Source of the DNA: Candidatus Eiseniibacteriota bacterium
GTDB taxonomy: Bacteria; Eisenbacteria; RBG-16-71-46; SZUA-252
Length of the DNA: 14,061 bases
Reading direction: 5' to 3'
NCBI GenBank assembly: GCA_031370645.1
Contig: JANMQV010000186.1
Location: 1 to 14,061 of the forward strand
The notes under the pieces were generated by a model. It saw nothing but the letters and a program-made list of their open reading frames with translations. It was not told where the DNA came from and made no database searches. Shown piece by piece: positions 1 through 7,487 of this stretch. The position numbers and the translations under genes were made by a program. Each line of letters begins with the position of its first letter. The first letter of the stretch is position 1.

Positions 1-1289
1 CAAACCAGCACTCCCCCTTCCACGCACCAGGCAAGCGCGAGGTCTTCCTTCGCGAGCAACCGTTCGAGCGCGGCCATGATGAAGATCGTCGCCGCCGCGG
101 TGAGGGGCCTCCAGAGATCGCGTTCCGATCGCTTCGCATCCACCCAGAGCGCGACGACGAGGTTCAGCACTCCCAGGCCGAGGAGAAGGGCGCCCGCCGT
201 TGCGCTCGGCGAGACGGCGAAGTAAGGCAGCGACGTGACAAGGAGAAGCATCGGAGCGAGCGCGACGACGGCGAGGTCAACGCGTCGGATCGGATCGGGT
301 GAGCGGACGAGCCGCGCCACTGGAGCCATTCCAAGCGCCGTGAAGAGCGCGCTCAGTCCTAGTTGAATGGGAAAGGGCCAGACGGCTCCATGCTCATTGT
401 TGAGCCACGCCACGCTCGTGAGGAGGAGCGCTTCGATCACGAGGCCGCTCCACCCACGCATCGCGGTCAGGACCACGACGACCGCGTTCGCGAGGAGGAG
501 ATAGCTGAGCATGGAGAGATGGGGGAGTCGGAACCCCATTCCATTCGCGGATGAGAGAAGGAGCGGTATGAACGCGCCGAAGATCCCCAGCGCGGCGATG
601 ATCGATTGCCCACGGCGAAGGCCGATGTCGATCGTGACGAACGAGACGAGCGCGAGCAGCGTGAACGCGACCCCTTCCGAGAGCGTGTTCATGCGGAAGT
701 GCCCAAGATAAATGGCGATGAAGACGACGCCGAGCCCGACTCCGAGTAGCGCGTGCCCGAGCGGGCGGATCGAACGCGCAATTCGATCGCCGCGCCACGC
801 GAGGAGGATGCCGAGCGCGACACCCGCCAGGATCAGAACCTCCGGGCCGACTTTCCCCTGCGTGTAGCCCCAGAGGATAAGGAAGAAGGAGCCGAGGAGG
901 AGAAGGACCGAGCCGACATTCTGGAGCCAGATGCCGCCGATGAGTTGTTCGAGGCCGGAGGGGGATTGCGAAGGGCTGGCTGGTTTGGCTGGCGCGGTCG
1001 GGGGCGGTGCGTGAGGTGCTATTGGGTGGTCGGAGACGGGAGCAGCTAAAGCCGGCGCAGCGGGCGGCGTTGGAATCGCCGGCGCCGGTGTTGGCATCGG
1101 CGGCGCTAGGGGAGTCGCCTGGATCGGCGGTGGTGCGGGCGACTGCTTGAGCGTTGCGAGTTCAGCCGTGAGCGCGCGCACCTGCCGCTGCACCACATGA
1201 AGCTTTCGGATGACGTAGATTCCAACCAGCAATGCAGCGATGGGAATGAGGGAGAAAATGATGGCGACGAAGATGACTCCCGCAGGCAT
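1..1289 (-). CDS. DUF2339-family predicted integral membrane protein, partial (3' end runs off the left edge)
   Basis: Manual translation from ATG at 1289 (GAGG just upstream) is open to base 1: MPAGVIFVAIIFSLIPIAALLVGIYVIRKLHVVQRQVRALTAELATLKQ, a Pro/Ala-rich linker, then LEQLIGGIWLQNVGSVLLLLGSFFLI, many TM helices, and LALAWCVEGG. The layout (N-terminal TM, short coiled coil, Pro-rich linker, E-x-x-IGG-x-WL-x-x-VG, later W-x-x-EG) is typical of DUF2339. It is absent from the ORF track because no stop falls inside the window. Confidence 0.85.
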   Translation of the reverse strand, partial: MPAGVIFVAIIFSLIPIAALLVGIYVIRKLHVVQRQVRALTAELATLKQSPAPPPIQATPLAPPMPTPAPAIPTPPAAPALAAPVSDHPIAPHAPPPTAPAKPASPSQSPSGLEQLIGGIWLQNVGSVLLLLGSFFLILWGYTQGKVGPEVLILAGVALGILLAWRGDRIARSIRPLGHALLGVGLGVVFIAIYLGHFRMNTLSEGVAFTLLALVSFVTIDIGLRRGQSIIAALGIFGAFIPLLLSSANGMGFRLPHLSMLSYLLLANAVVVVLTAMRGWSGLVIEALLLTSVAWLNNEHGAVWPFPIQLGLSALFTALGMAPVARLVRSPDPIRRVDLAVVALAPMLLLVTSLPYFAVSPSATAGALLLGLGVLNLVVALWVDAKRSERDLWRPLTAAATIFIMAALERLLAKEDLALAWCVEGGVLV

Positions 1290-1432
1290 GGCGCCTCATT
1301 CTTGCCGGGTGGGTCGAGCGCCGCCAAAACATCGGCGGCCGGATCGGCTCTCGCAAGTTTGGCTCGCGCCGCATGGTACGCCCGGGCGGTCGGGGGGGCT
1401 AGCGGGTTATCGGTCCGCCCTCGATGGCATCC

Positions 1433-2248
1433 TCACGGCACCTTCGCGCTCACGACCGGCACCATCCAGACCGCGTACTGTTTCGGGTCGCGGATGTTCG
1501 TGATCATCTGCTCGAAGTAGGCCCTCGCCTCGTCGCGCGTGAATTTCGTGTGCTCCGCGGTGACGTCAACGTAGCCGTCTCGCCATGCTTCCAAGATCGA
1601 CGCGAACGTCTCTCGCGGCACGCGAATCGTGTCCACGACGACGTAGTCGATTGAGATGTCCGCCAGCCCGAGGTCGAGGAGGATGCCGTAGACGTGGCGG
1701 CCGATGAAGAGATCGGTCTGCGTTGCCGCGCCGAACTTGGCCGGCGCTTCGTGCCAGAATTCGCGTGGATCGACCGCGCCGCGTGCGAAGTGGAGCATCC
1801 CGTAGTCTTCCGGGATCAAGTGGAGCCGGCCGCCGCGCTTAGTCACTCGCGCGAGTTCCGCAACGATCCGCTCCGGAAAGGGCGTGGAATGGATGACGTG
1901 CCGATTCACGACGAGGTCGTAGGTGCGGTCCGCCGCCTTGAGTTCATAGGCGCTCTGGTTCTCGAACGTGAGGCGTGGGGCGTAGCGGGCGTAACGCGAG
2001 CGGGCGAGGGCTAGGCTCCCATCCAGGATGTCAACGCCGAGGACTTCGGCGCGTGGGAACATCTCGGCGAGGCGTGACGCCCCTTCGCCCGTCCCGCAGC
2101 CGGCGTCGAGGATTTTGATGTCGTCGGCGAGTTTGTAGCGCCGGATGAATTCGGATTCCTGCGGCCAGATCGCCCGCGCTTGGGCATCCAGCGTGCGGAC
2201 CATCGATTCGTCCGCCATCTGTTCGCGGTGGGGATTCAGGTCGGTCAT
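1433..2248 (-). CDS. Class I SAM-dependent methyltransferase (substrate unknown), 271 aa
   Basis: Motif I ILDAGCGTG, acidic end of beta-2 (VLGVDI), YDLVV, and ELARVTKRGGRL. SD-like AAGGA lies 7 nt upstream of the ATG. Confidence 0.92.
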   Translation of the reverse strand: MTDLNPHREQMADESMVRTLDAQARAIWPQESEFIRRYKLADDIKILDAGCGTGEGASRLAEMFPRAEVLGVDILDGSLALARSRYARYAPRLTFENQSAYELKAADRTYDLVVNRHVIHSTPFPERIVAELARVTKRGGRLHLIPEDYGMLHFARGAVDPREFWHEAPAKFGAATQTDLFIGRHVYGILLDLGLADISIDYVVVDTIRVPRETFASILEAWRDGYVDVTAEHTKFTRDEARAYFEQMITNIRDPKQYAVWMVPVVSAKVP

Positions 2249-2290
2249 AGGTCGGTCCTTGGTGACAGAGCGGGGACGATGTTGAGCCCG

Positions 2291-2319
2291 AGATTACCTT
2301 TGGATGCGGAGGATGTCCA
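2291..2319 (-). promoter_or_regulatory. Putative sigma-70-type promoter for the methyltransferase
   Basis: Minus strand reads TGGACA-17 nt-TAATCT, ending about 42 nt upstream of the ATG at 2248. Confidence 0.4.
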
Positions 2320-2395
2320 AGAGGTCCGGTGGACGGGACTGAGGGTTTCGATCCGGCGATACGTCGATTTTGGATCGATCATTTCGAGGCGGTGC

Positions 2396-3337
2396 TCAGC
2401 GTGAAGGGGTGGCGCAGCGGATCTGAGTCACCGCGCGGCCGTCGACCGGTCTTGCCACCCGGATGCCGAGAAGCCAGGCGACGGTCGCGAATGTGTCCTC
2501 GGTGCGGATGTCGAGGCCGCCAATCGTCGTGAGGTCGAGGTCATGACATACGCCCGGCCCTGAGATGATCCAGGGAATCTCCCGGCTGCGCGGGTCGTTC
2601 GCGCCATGTGAAAGCGCGGCGCCACCGTGGTCCGACGTGACGATCACGACGGTCGAGTCGAGCACGCCGCGCGACCGGATCGCTTCGAGCAGATGCCCGA
2701 CACAACGGTCGGCCACAGCGATCGCGGCGAGCTGCGTGGGTGAGCCCCAGCCCTTGGCGTGGCCCGCCGTGTCGACCCCTGGAAGGTGCACGAAGAGGAC
2801 CTGTGGCGCCGAATGGGCAATGAATTCGACAGCCCTTCCCGTCACTTCGTTGTCGGAGATCACCGTCTTGGACGGAACGAACGACCAGTCGAGCGTTCCC
2901 GGCTGTGCGAGCGCCAGGAACTTCGATTTACCGGCCGCCATCGCGGCGGTGCATCCCACACGCCGTGACAGTTCGAAAAGCGTCGGCCACTTGGAGTATT
3001 CGCCGGGAGACAGCGCCCGGTCATTGTTCCAGTTGATGCCGTGTTTTTCCGGCGGCACGCCGGTGAGCATGGAGACGTGCGAGGGAAGCGTCACGGCGAC
3101 GGCCGTGGTCTGCGCCCACATGGTGTACGCGCCGCGATTCATGAGCGAGCGAATCGCCGGTGCCTCCGCTCGGAGTAGCGCGTCGGGGCGAAGCCCATCG
3201 ATGCTGACAATAAGAGCGCGCGAGATCGCGGGGATGGGACGCGGAGGACGTGGGTCGGGCCGGGCGGTCGCGGGGAAGAGGGTGGAGACGATCGCGAGGA
3301 GGGCCAGGTTCAACACGATGGTCCTCGCGGACTCCAT
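2396..3337 (-). CDS. Secreted alkaline phosphatase superfamily / nucleotide pyrophosphatase-phosphodiesterase (NPP-type) protein, 313 aa
   Basis: Start reassigned to ATG 3337 (GGGAGGA SD upstream), followed by signal peptide MESARTIVLNLALLAIVSTLFPATA. Metal and catalytic motifs: SIDGLRPD, VTLPSHVSMLTG (Thr nucleophile), DTAGHAKG, TSDHGG, SHG. Confidence 0.9.
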   Translation of the reverse strand: MESARTIVLNLALLAIVSTLFPATARPDPRPPRPIPAISRALIVSIDGLRPDALLRAEAPAIRSLMNRGAYTMWAQTTAVAVTLPSHVSMLTGVPPEKHGINWNNDRALSPGEYSKWPTLFELSRRVGCTAAMAAGKSKFLALAQPGTLDWSFVPSKTVISDNEVTGRAVEFIAHSAPQVLFVHLPGVDTAGHAKGWGSPTQLAAIAVADRCVGHLLEAIRSRGVLDSTVVIVTSDHGGAALSHGANDPRSREIPWIISGPGVCHDLDLTTIGGLDIRTEDTFATVAWLLGIRVARPVDGRAVTQIRCATPSR

Positions 3338-3447
3338 GAGGTGCGTCCTCCCAAACCGCGCGACGGTACATGCGTTCGAGGCTAGCGTCCGCCATCGGCG
3401 TGTAGTTGGTTCGTCGGTGGCGTTACGATTCGGTAAAGATCCGCGAG

Positions 3448-4197
3448 TCAGTATCGTGTCGCTGTGACGGAATTCCGCCGCCGTCCCCACTCGTACAGTG
3501 AGATCGCTGCGACCAGCCAGACGAAGCCGAGAAGGTAGGATCCCAGCACATCGCTCGGCCAGTGCTCGCCGTCGTAAATTCGCGCCGCGCCCATCATCAC
3601 GATCATGATCAGGAGCACGCCGATCAGCGCGACTCGCCACCACGACGGGGCGAGCCGCACCGCGGCGAGGTAGCAGAGGAATCCCACGAACGGCGTGAAG
3701 TTCATCACGTGACCGGCGGGGAAACCATGGCTCGAGATCTGATGGGCGACGTGGACGAGGTCCGGGAAGGGACGCGGACGTCCAACGATTCCTTTTACCA
3801 GCTCCGTAAGCCCCGCGGCGCCCAGGGTCGCGAGCCCGGCGCAGATTGCCTCCCAGCGACGCCCCGCCAAGAAGAGCGCCAGCACCACCAGAGCGAACGT
3901 AATCGTAACGAACGGCGCGAATCCAAACGCGTTCAGGGCGCGAAAGGGAACGAGAAGCCATGGCGTATCCACGCGCTGCAGGGCCCGCGTGATCTCCACA
4001 TCGATCGGGAAGTAGGGAGCGGTGTGCGCGAGGATGGCGAGCCACACGAACGCCACGCCGGCTCCCACCGCGGCGATACCCGCCGCGAGGAACGGCATCG
4101 GCCCCCGAGGTTTCGGGGGAACCGCCGGCTTCTCGACTACCGGCCTCGACACGAGCGGGACGGGATGCTCGATCGTCCCGGGAAAGTGCATCGTCAT
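3448..4197 (-). CDS. PAP2-family membrane lipid phosphatase/phosphotransferase (copy B), 249 aa
   Basis: C1 KGIVGRPRP, C2 FPAGH, C3 ARIYDGEHWPSD, and multiple TM helices. The ATG overlaps the upstream stop (ATGA, 4194-4197). Confidence 0.92.
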   Translation of the reverse strand: MTMHFPGTIEHPVPLVSRPVVEKPAVPPKPRGPMPFLAAGIAAVGAGVAFVWLAILAHTAPYFPIDVEITRALQRVDTPWLLVPFRALNAFGFAPFVTITFALVVLALFLAGRRWEAICAGLATLGAAGLTELVKGIVGRPRPFPDLVHVAHQISSHGFPAGHVMNFTPFVGFLCYLAAVRLAPSWWRVALIGVLLIMIVMMGAARIYDGEHWPSDVLGSYLLGFVWLVAAISLYEWGRRRNSVTATRY

Positions 4198-5429
4198 TCG
4201 CTCATGACCACTTCAGGCTTCGCCGTGGCGAGCGCCTCCTCCAGGCGACCGTTGGTTTCCGGAATCACGTACTCCAGCGGATGCGAGTCGGGCGCCGCCT
4301 CGACGGGAACGGTGAGTGCGATGCCGTTTCCGACAATCACAGTGAGCGCTCCGGGAAGGATCTCGATCTCGACCGTTCTCGACTTCCGAGTGAGGTCCTT
4401 ATCCGAATGGGTGAGGACAGGCGCCTCGGTGGTGATCCGTACCTTGCGTCCGCGGTAGGTCTTGATCGGATCGGCCGAGCCCATCGACGACCCCAGGAAG
4501 TGTTTCGCGAGCGCCACGCTGCTCATCCCGTCGTAGACGCGAACGTCGAGCAGACCGTCATCCATCTTTGCCTCCGGAGAGATCAGGAGATTCCCCCCCA
4601 TCAGCGGTGCGTTCGAGACCGTGACGATATTCGTGGCCGCTTCGATCACGACGTCGTCGATCTGTACGTGGACGTGGCCCGGCTTCGTTTCGAAGTAGGA
4701 ACGGAGCGCCCTCGGAATCATGCGCCACTGCCGCTTCTCGGCGGCTTGCCCAGCCAGCACGGCCATCGCGCTGAGGCCGACTCCAGCCGCCTCCAGGAAG
4801 TGTCGAATGTCGGGGCTGTCGCTCGAGACGACCCGGCCCGTGTCGATGTGACGAGTCGTCCCCATCCCAATGAGCGCGCAGGCGTCGTCGATGCCAAGGG
4901 GCACCCCGAGAGACCTGGCGATGTTGTTCATGGTTCCGATCGGAACGATGCCGAGCACGGTCGGAGTGCCGACGAGTTGCGAGGCGACTTCTTCGATCGT
5001 TCCGTCACCTGCCGCGACGACGACCAATGAGTGGCCGGCGCGAACCGCCTCTCGCGCTAGGGCGCGCGCGGCTTTGCCCGAAGTCTTCAGCCCGATGTGG
5101 GCCTGAATGCCGTGGGCACGCAAACTGTTCACGATCTGGGAGAGCCGCTCCGCATTGTTCTCCTCGATGCGGCCCGAAGCCGGGTTGAAGATGAGCATAG
5201 CGTGCCGGCGCGCGCCGTCCGGATCGCCCTGACCGGTCCGTGGGTCGACCGCGCCGGCGGTTTGGCGCTCGAGGTCGGCAATGCGTGACTCCAGCGCCTG
5301 GAGTTTCACCTTCTGTCGGTCGAGACGGGCGGCCGCTTTCTCGACTTTGCTGAGGAGCGACTGATGCTTCCGCTGCTTCCGGCGGAGCAACTTGCCGAGG
5401 GCGCGCGGTGACAGCACTTTGATTGCCAT
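4194..5429 (-). CDS. Diacylglycerol/lipid kinase family protein (DAGK_cat, YegS/DgkB-like) with a basic coiled-coil N-terminal extension, 411 aa
   Basis: Start reassigned to ATG 5429 (GAGGT SD overlapping the upstream stop codon). Motifs IFNPASG, AAGDGT, PIGTMNNIARSLG, IDTG, EAAGVG, SNAPLMGG, AKMDDGLLDV. Confidence 0.92.
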   Translation of the reverse strand: MAIKVLSPRALGKLLRRKQRKHQSLLSKVEKAAARLDRQKVKLQALESRIADLERQTAGAVDPRTGQGDPDGARRHAMLIFNPASGRIEENNAERLSQIVNSLRAHGIQAHIGLKTSGKAARALAREAVRAGHSLVVVAAGDGTIEEVASQLVGTPTVLGIVPIGTMNNIARSLGVPLGIDDACALIGMGTTRHIDTGRVVSSDSPDIRHFLEAAGVGLSAMAVLAGQAAEKRQWRMIPRALRSYFETKPGHVHVQIDDVVIEAATNIVTVSNAPLMGGNLLISPEAKMDDGLLDVRVYDGMSSVALAKHFLGSSMGSADPIKTYRGRKVRITTEAPVLTHSDKDLTRKSRTVEIEILPGALTVIVGNGIALTVPVEAAPDSHPLEYVIPETNGRLEEALATAKPEVVMSE

Positions 5430-5437
5430 GACAGACC

Positions 5438-6271
5438 TCACACGGAATGAGAGTGTTTCGGGCGTAGCTCGGTCAACCGAGTTGATCCGTTCGAATCGAG
5501 CCGCATCCAACGGGCGCACATCATGGAGAAGACGCCGAAGGCCATGAGCCCGAGGGCTGCGGCCGCGATGAGGAGACGACCGAACGGTTGCTGCGAAAGC
5601 GTGAGAAGCGCGCCGTCCATGCCCCGCGCATGCGAAGGATTGGTGTTCAACGCGACACCCACGAGCAAGAAGCCGATGATCGTGAACACGACGCCGCGCG
5701 CCGTGATCCCGATCCGTCCGAGCCGAATCGCCCAATGCCGCTCGGTCGAGGACATGATCTCTTCCTTGAGATCGCTCTCGAAGAGCCCCTTCCACCCGAT
5801 CACCATTTGAGTGATTCCGGCGCCCGCGATCCAGCAGACACCGATGATGCCGACGATCCAGCGCCCGGCTGGCTTCGCGAGAAGCGCCACCGTCCAGTCG
5901 GCGTCTCCGATCACATGCGCCGCTGAGCCGGAGACGAACTTGAGCGCCGCGAGAAAGAGGCCGGCGAAGGCGACGGCGCTTGTGAGGTAGCCGAGGCGCA
6001 TCAAGATGCCCTTCGTCGACTTCCCCCGGTCGAGCGGGTCGAAGATCGCGCGGGCGCCGCCCCACAACGCATACGCCGCGAGCCCGACCGCAACGGGGAG
6101 CATGAGCATGCGGCCGAGAGGCTGCTGCGCGATCAATTCGACCGCTCCGGAGGGTGTGATCCCGGCGCTGCTACCGCCCGCGTTGGAGAGCGCGAGGCGA
6201 AGGGCGATCAGGCCCGGCAGAAAGTAGATGATGCCGCGCACGATGTAGCCGAGGCGAATGAGTTGACCCAT
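5438..6271 (-). CDS. DUF1206-domain membrane protein, 277 aa
   Basis: Start at ATG 6271 (GAGGAG SD, TGATG overlap with the PAP2 stop). Three internal repeats: RLGYIVRGIIY...QQPLGR, RLGYLTSAVAF...AKPAGR, RIGITARGVVF...QQPFGR, as expected for DUF1206. Confidence 0.85.
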   Translation of the reverse strand: MGQLIRLGYIVRGIIYFLPGLIALRLALSNAGGSSAGITPSGAVELIAQQPLGRMLMLPVAVGLAAYALWGGARAIFDPLDRGKSTKGILMRLGYLTSAVAFAGLFLAALKFVSGSAAHVIGDADWTVALLAKPAGRWIVGIIGVCWIAGAGITQMVIGWKGLFESDLKEEIMSSTERHWAIRLGRIGITARGVVFTIIGFLLVGVALNTNPSHARGMDGALLTLSQQPFGRLLIAAAALGLMAFGVFSMMCARWMRLDSNGSTRLTELRPKHSHSV

Positions 6272-7041
6272 CAGGCACTCCTCTCGGCGGCGAGAGGCGG
6301 AGCCTCGGGCGCGACCGGTTGATGGCTGAAGAAGCGAAGCTTTCCCCACCGGTAGAACATGATCGTCAACGAGAGCCAGAGACTGCCGAGCAGATACGCG
6401 CCCATGACGTCGCTGAACCAGTGCTGCCCGAGATAGATTCGCGACGGGCCCATGAGCGCGATGGGGATCGCGGCGGCGACGAGCAATGAGGTGCGCTCCC
6501 ATGACGGCTTGAGCAACGTATACACGAGGAAGGCGAGGAATCCACAGACGGTCGTGATCATCACGACGTGCCCGCTTGGGAAACTCTTCGAAGACAAGTT
6601 GGCGAAGACCTCGACGAGATCGGCGCTGGGGCGCGGCCGAACGACAAGGAGTTTGATGAGCGTCGCGATCCCCACGCCGCACGACGCGAAGATCGCGGCA
6701 ACGGCTTCCCACCAAAGGCCGGCGAGGAGCAGGGCTAGAACCGCGGCGGCGCCGAAGATGTAGACCTGGGGAACGAATCCGATCCAACTGACCGCGACCA
6801 TCAGCCAGGCGAAGAAGCCGCCGCGGTAGCCCTGCAACGCGTGCGCGACGGTGACATCGATACGGAAATAGGGGACGAAGTGCGCCGCCACTGCCAGGGC
6901 GACGAAGGCCGCGGCCGTGACGAGTACATAGACATGGAAGGCCGCCGCGCGGCGTTTCCGCGTCGGTTTCGGGGCGATGACCGCCGCATCGAGTTTCTCG
7001 AGCGGCGTCGCTTTGGGGGCTTCAACTAGTTCGGTAGCCAC
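6271..7041 (-). CDS. PAP2-family membrane lipid phosphatase (copy A), about 256 aa
   Basis: Canonical C1 KLLVVRPRP, C2 SFPSGH, C3 SRIYLGQHWFSD. Start tentatively placed at GTG 7041, after GGAGAGGT. The track's TTG at 7158 lies inside a promoter-like box and adds 39 implausible residues. Confidence 0.9.
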   Translation of the reverse strand: MATELVEAPKATPLEKLDAAVIAPKPTRKRRAAAFHVYVLVTAAAFVALAVAAHFVPYFRIDVTVAHALQGYRGGFFAWLMVAVSWIGFVPQVYIFGAAAVLALLLAGLWWEAVAAIFASCGVGIATLIKLLVVRPRPSADLVEVFANLSSKSFPSGHVVMITTVCGFLAFLVYTLLKPSWERTSLLVAAAIPIALMGPSRIYLGQHWFSDVMGAYLLGSLWLSLTIMFYRWGKLRFFSHQPVAPEAPPLAAERSA

Positions 7042-7152
7042 ACCTCTCCAATCGCCCAGAGGGCGAAGATGGTCCGGTTCGCACGGGAATCCCGCAGGGC
7101 TTCCCGGCGGCTTCGACTCGCTTCTACGGGGATTACCTCGGGGAGTGATAGG

Positions 7153-7167
7153 GCACAATTCGCGCCA
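7153..7167 (-). promoter_or_regulatory. Putative sigma-54 (-24/-12) promoter for the PAP2/DUF1206/kinase/PAP2 operon
   Basis: Minus strand TGGCGCGAATTGTGC versus consensus TGGCACG-N4-TTGC, with exact GG-N10-GC spacing, about 110 nt upstream of the start. Confidence 0.5.
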
Positions 7168-7281
7168 CGGGCGTCGGATTAAATCGAGGTTACAAATGGG
7201 GGGCCTGGTGCGGAGATAGCGGCGATTTCGGATTCCGGGGCGGCCGCGGCACTCGCCTGATCGGAGGAAGGACCGAACGAC

Positions 7282-7298
7282 TTACACGGGACTTGTAA
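7282..7298. promoter_or_regulatory. Palindrome TTACA-N7-TGTAA, candidate activator/regulator binding site
   Basis: TTACAcgggactTGTAA has perfect 5-bp AT-rich inverted arms in a GC-rich background and lies between the two divergent sigma-54-like boxes. Confidence 0.35.
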
Positions 7299-7472
7299 TC
7301 CTGTCCGGAGGCGAGTCCATCTCGTTCTCTTGTAGATCACATCTTCGGTTGTACAAATATCTTCGATTCAAGGCGACGAACGTATCCCCGGCGATTCGGT
7401 CAGGTCGAATCGATTTCAGAGAAACCCTTTGGCCCCATGCACTTACAGCGCCCCGCGCGGGCGGCGGTGCGT

Positions 7473-7487
7473 TGGCACCGTTCATGC
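7473..7487 (+). promoter_or_regulatory. Putative sigma-54 (-24/-12) promoter for the DUF4114/PEP-CTERM-like gene
   Basis: TGGCACCGTTCATGC has exact GG-N10-GC spacing and a TTGGCAC -24 element, about 100 nt upstream of the start. PEP-CTERM genes are known to be often sigma-54 driven. Confidence 0.6.

Noticed and set aside
3338..4045. N-terminal 236 aa of the 549-aa ORF 2396..4045 (apparent fusion)
   Set aside because: It overlaps the PAP2 gene in another frame and is Arg/Pro-rich shadow sequence. The SD and signal peptide mark 3337 as the real start.
2565..5030. Long plus-strand ORFs (2565..3467, 3562..4458, 4281..5030)
   Set aside because: They are antisense shadows of well-supported genes, expected at high GC, and show no recognisable motifs.
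5430..6787. Long N-terminal extensions of ORFs 4194..6065 and 5438..6787
   Set aside because: These are off-frame read-backs through the upstream genes. SDs and stop/start coupling support starts at 5429 and 6271.
7200..7470. Canonical TGT-N10/11-ACA enhancer or IHF consensus upstream of the PEP-CTERM-like gene
   Set aside because: I checked the TGT and ACA positions by eye and found none with that spacing, and no clear WATCAA-N4-TTR.
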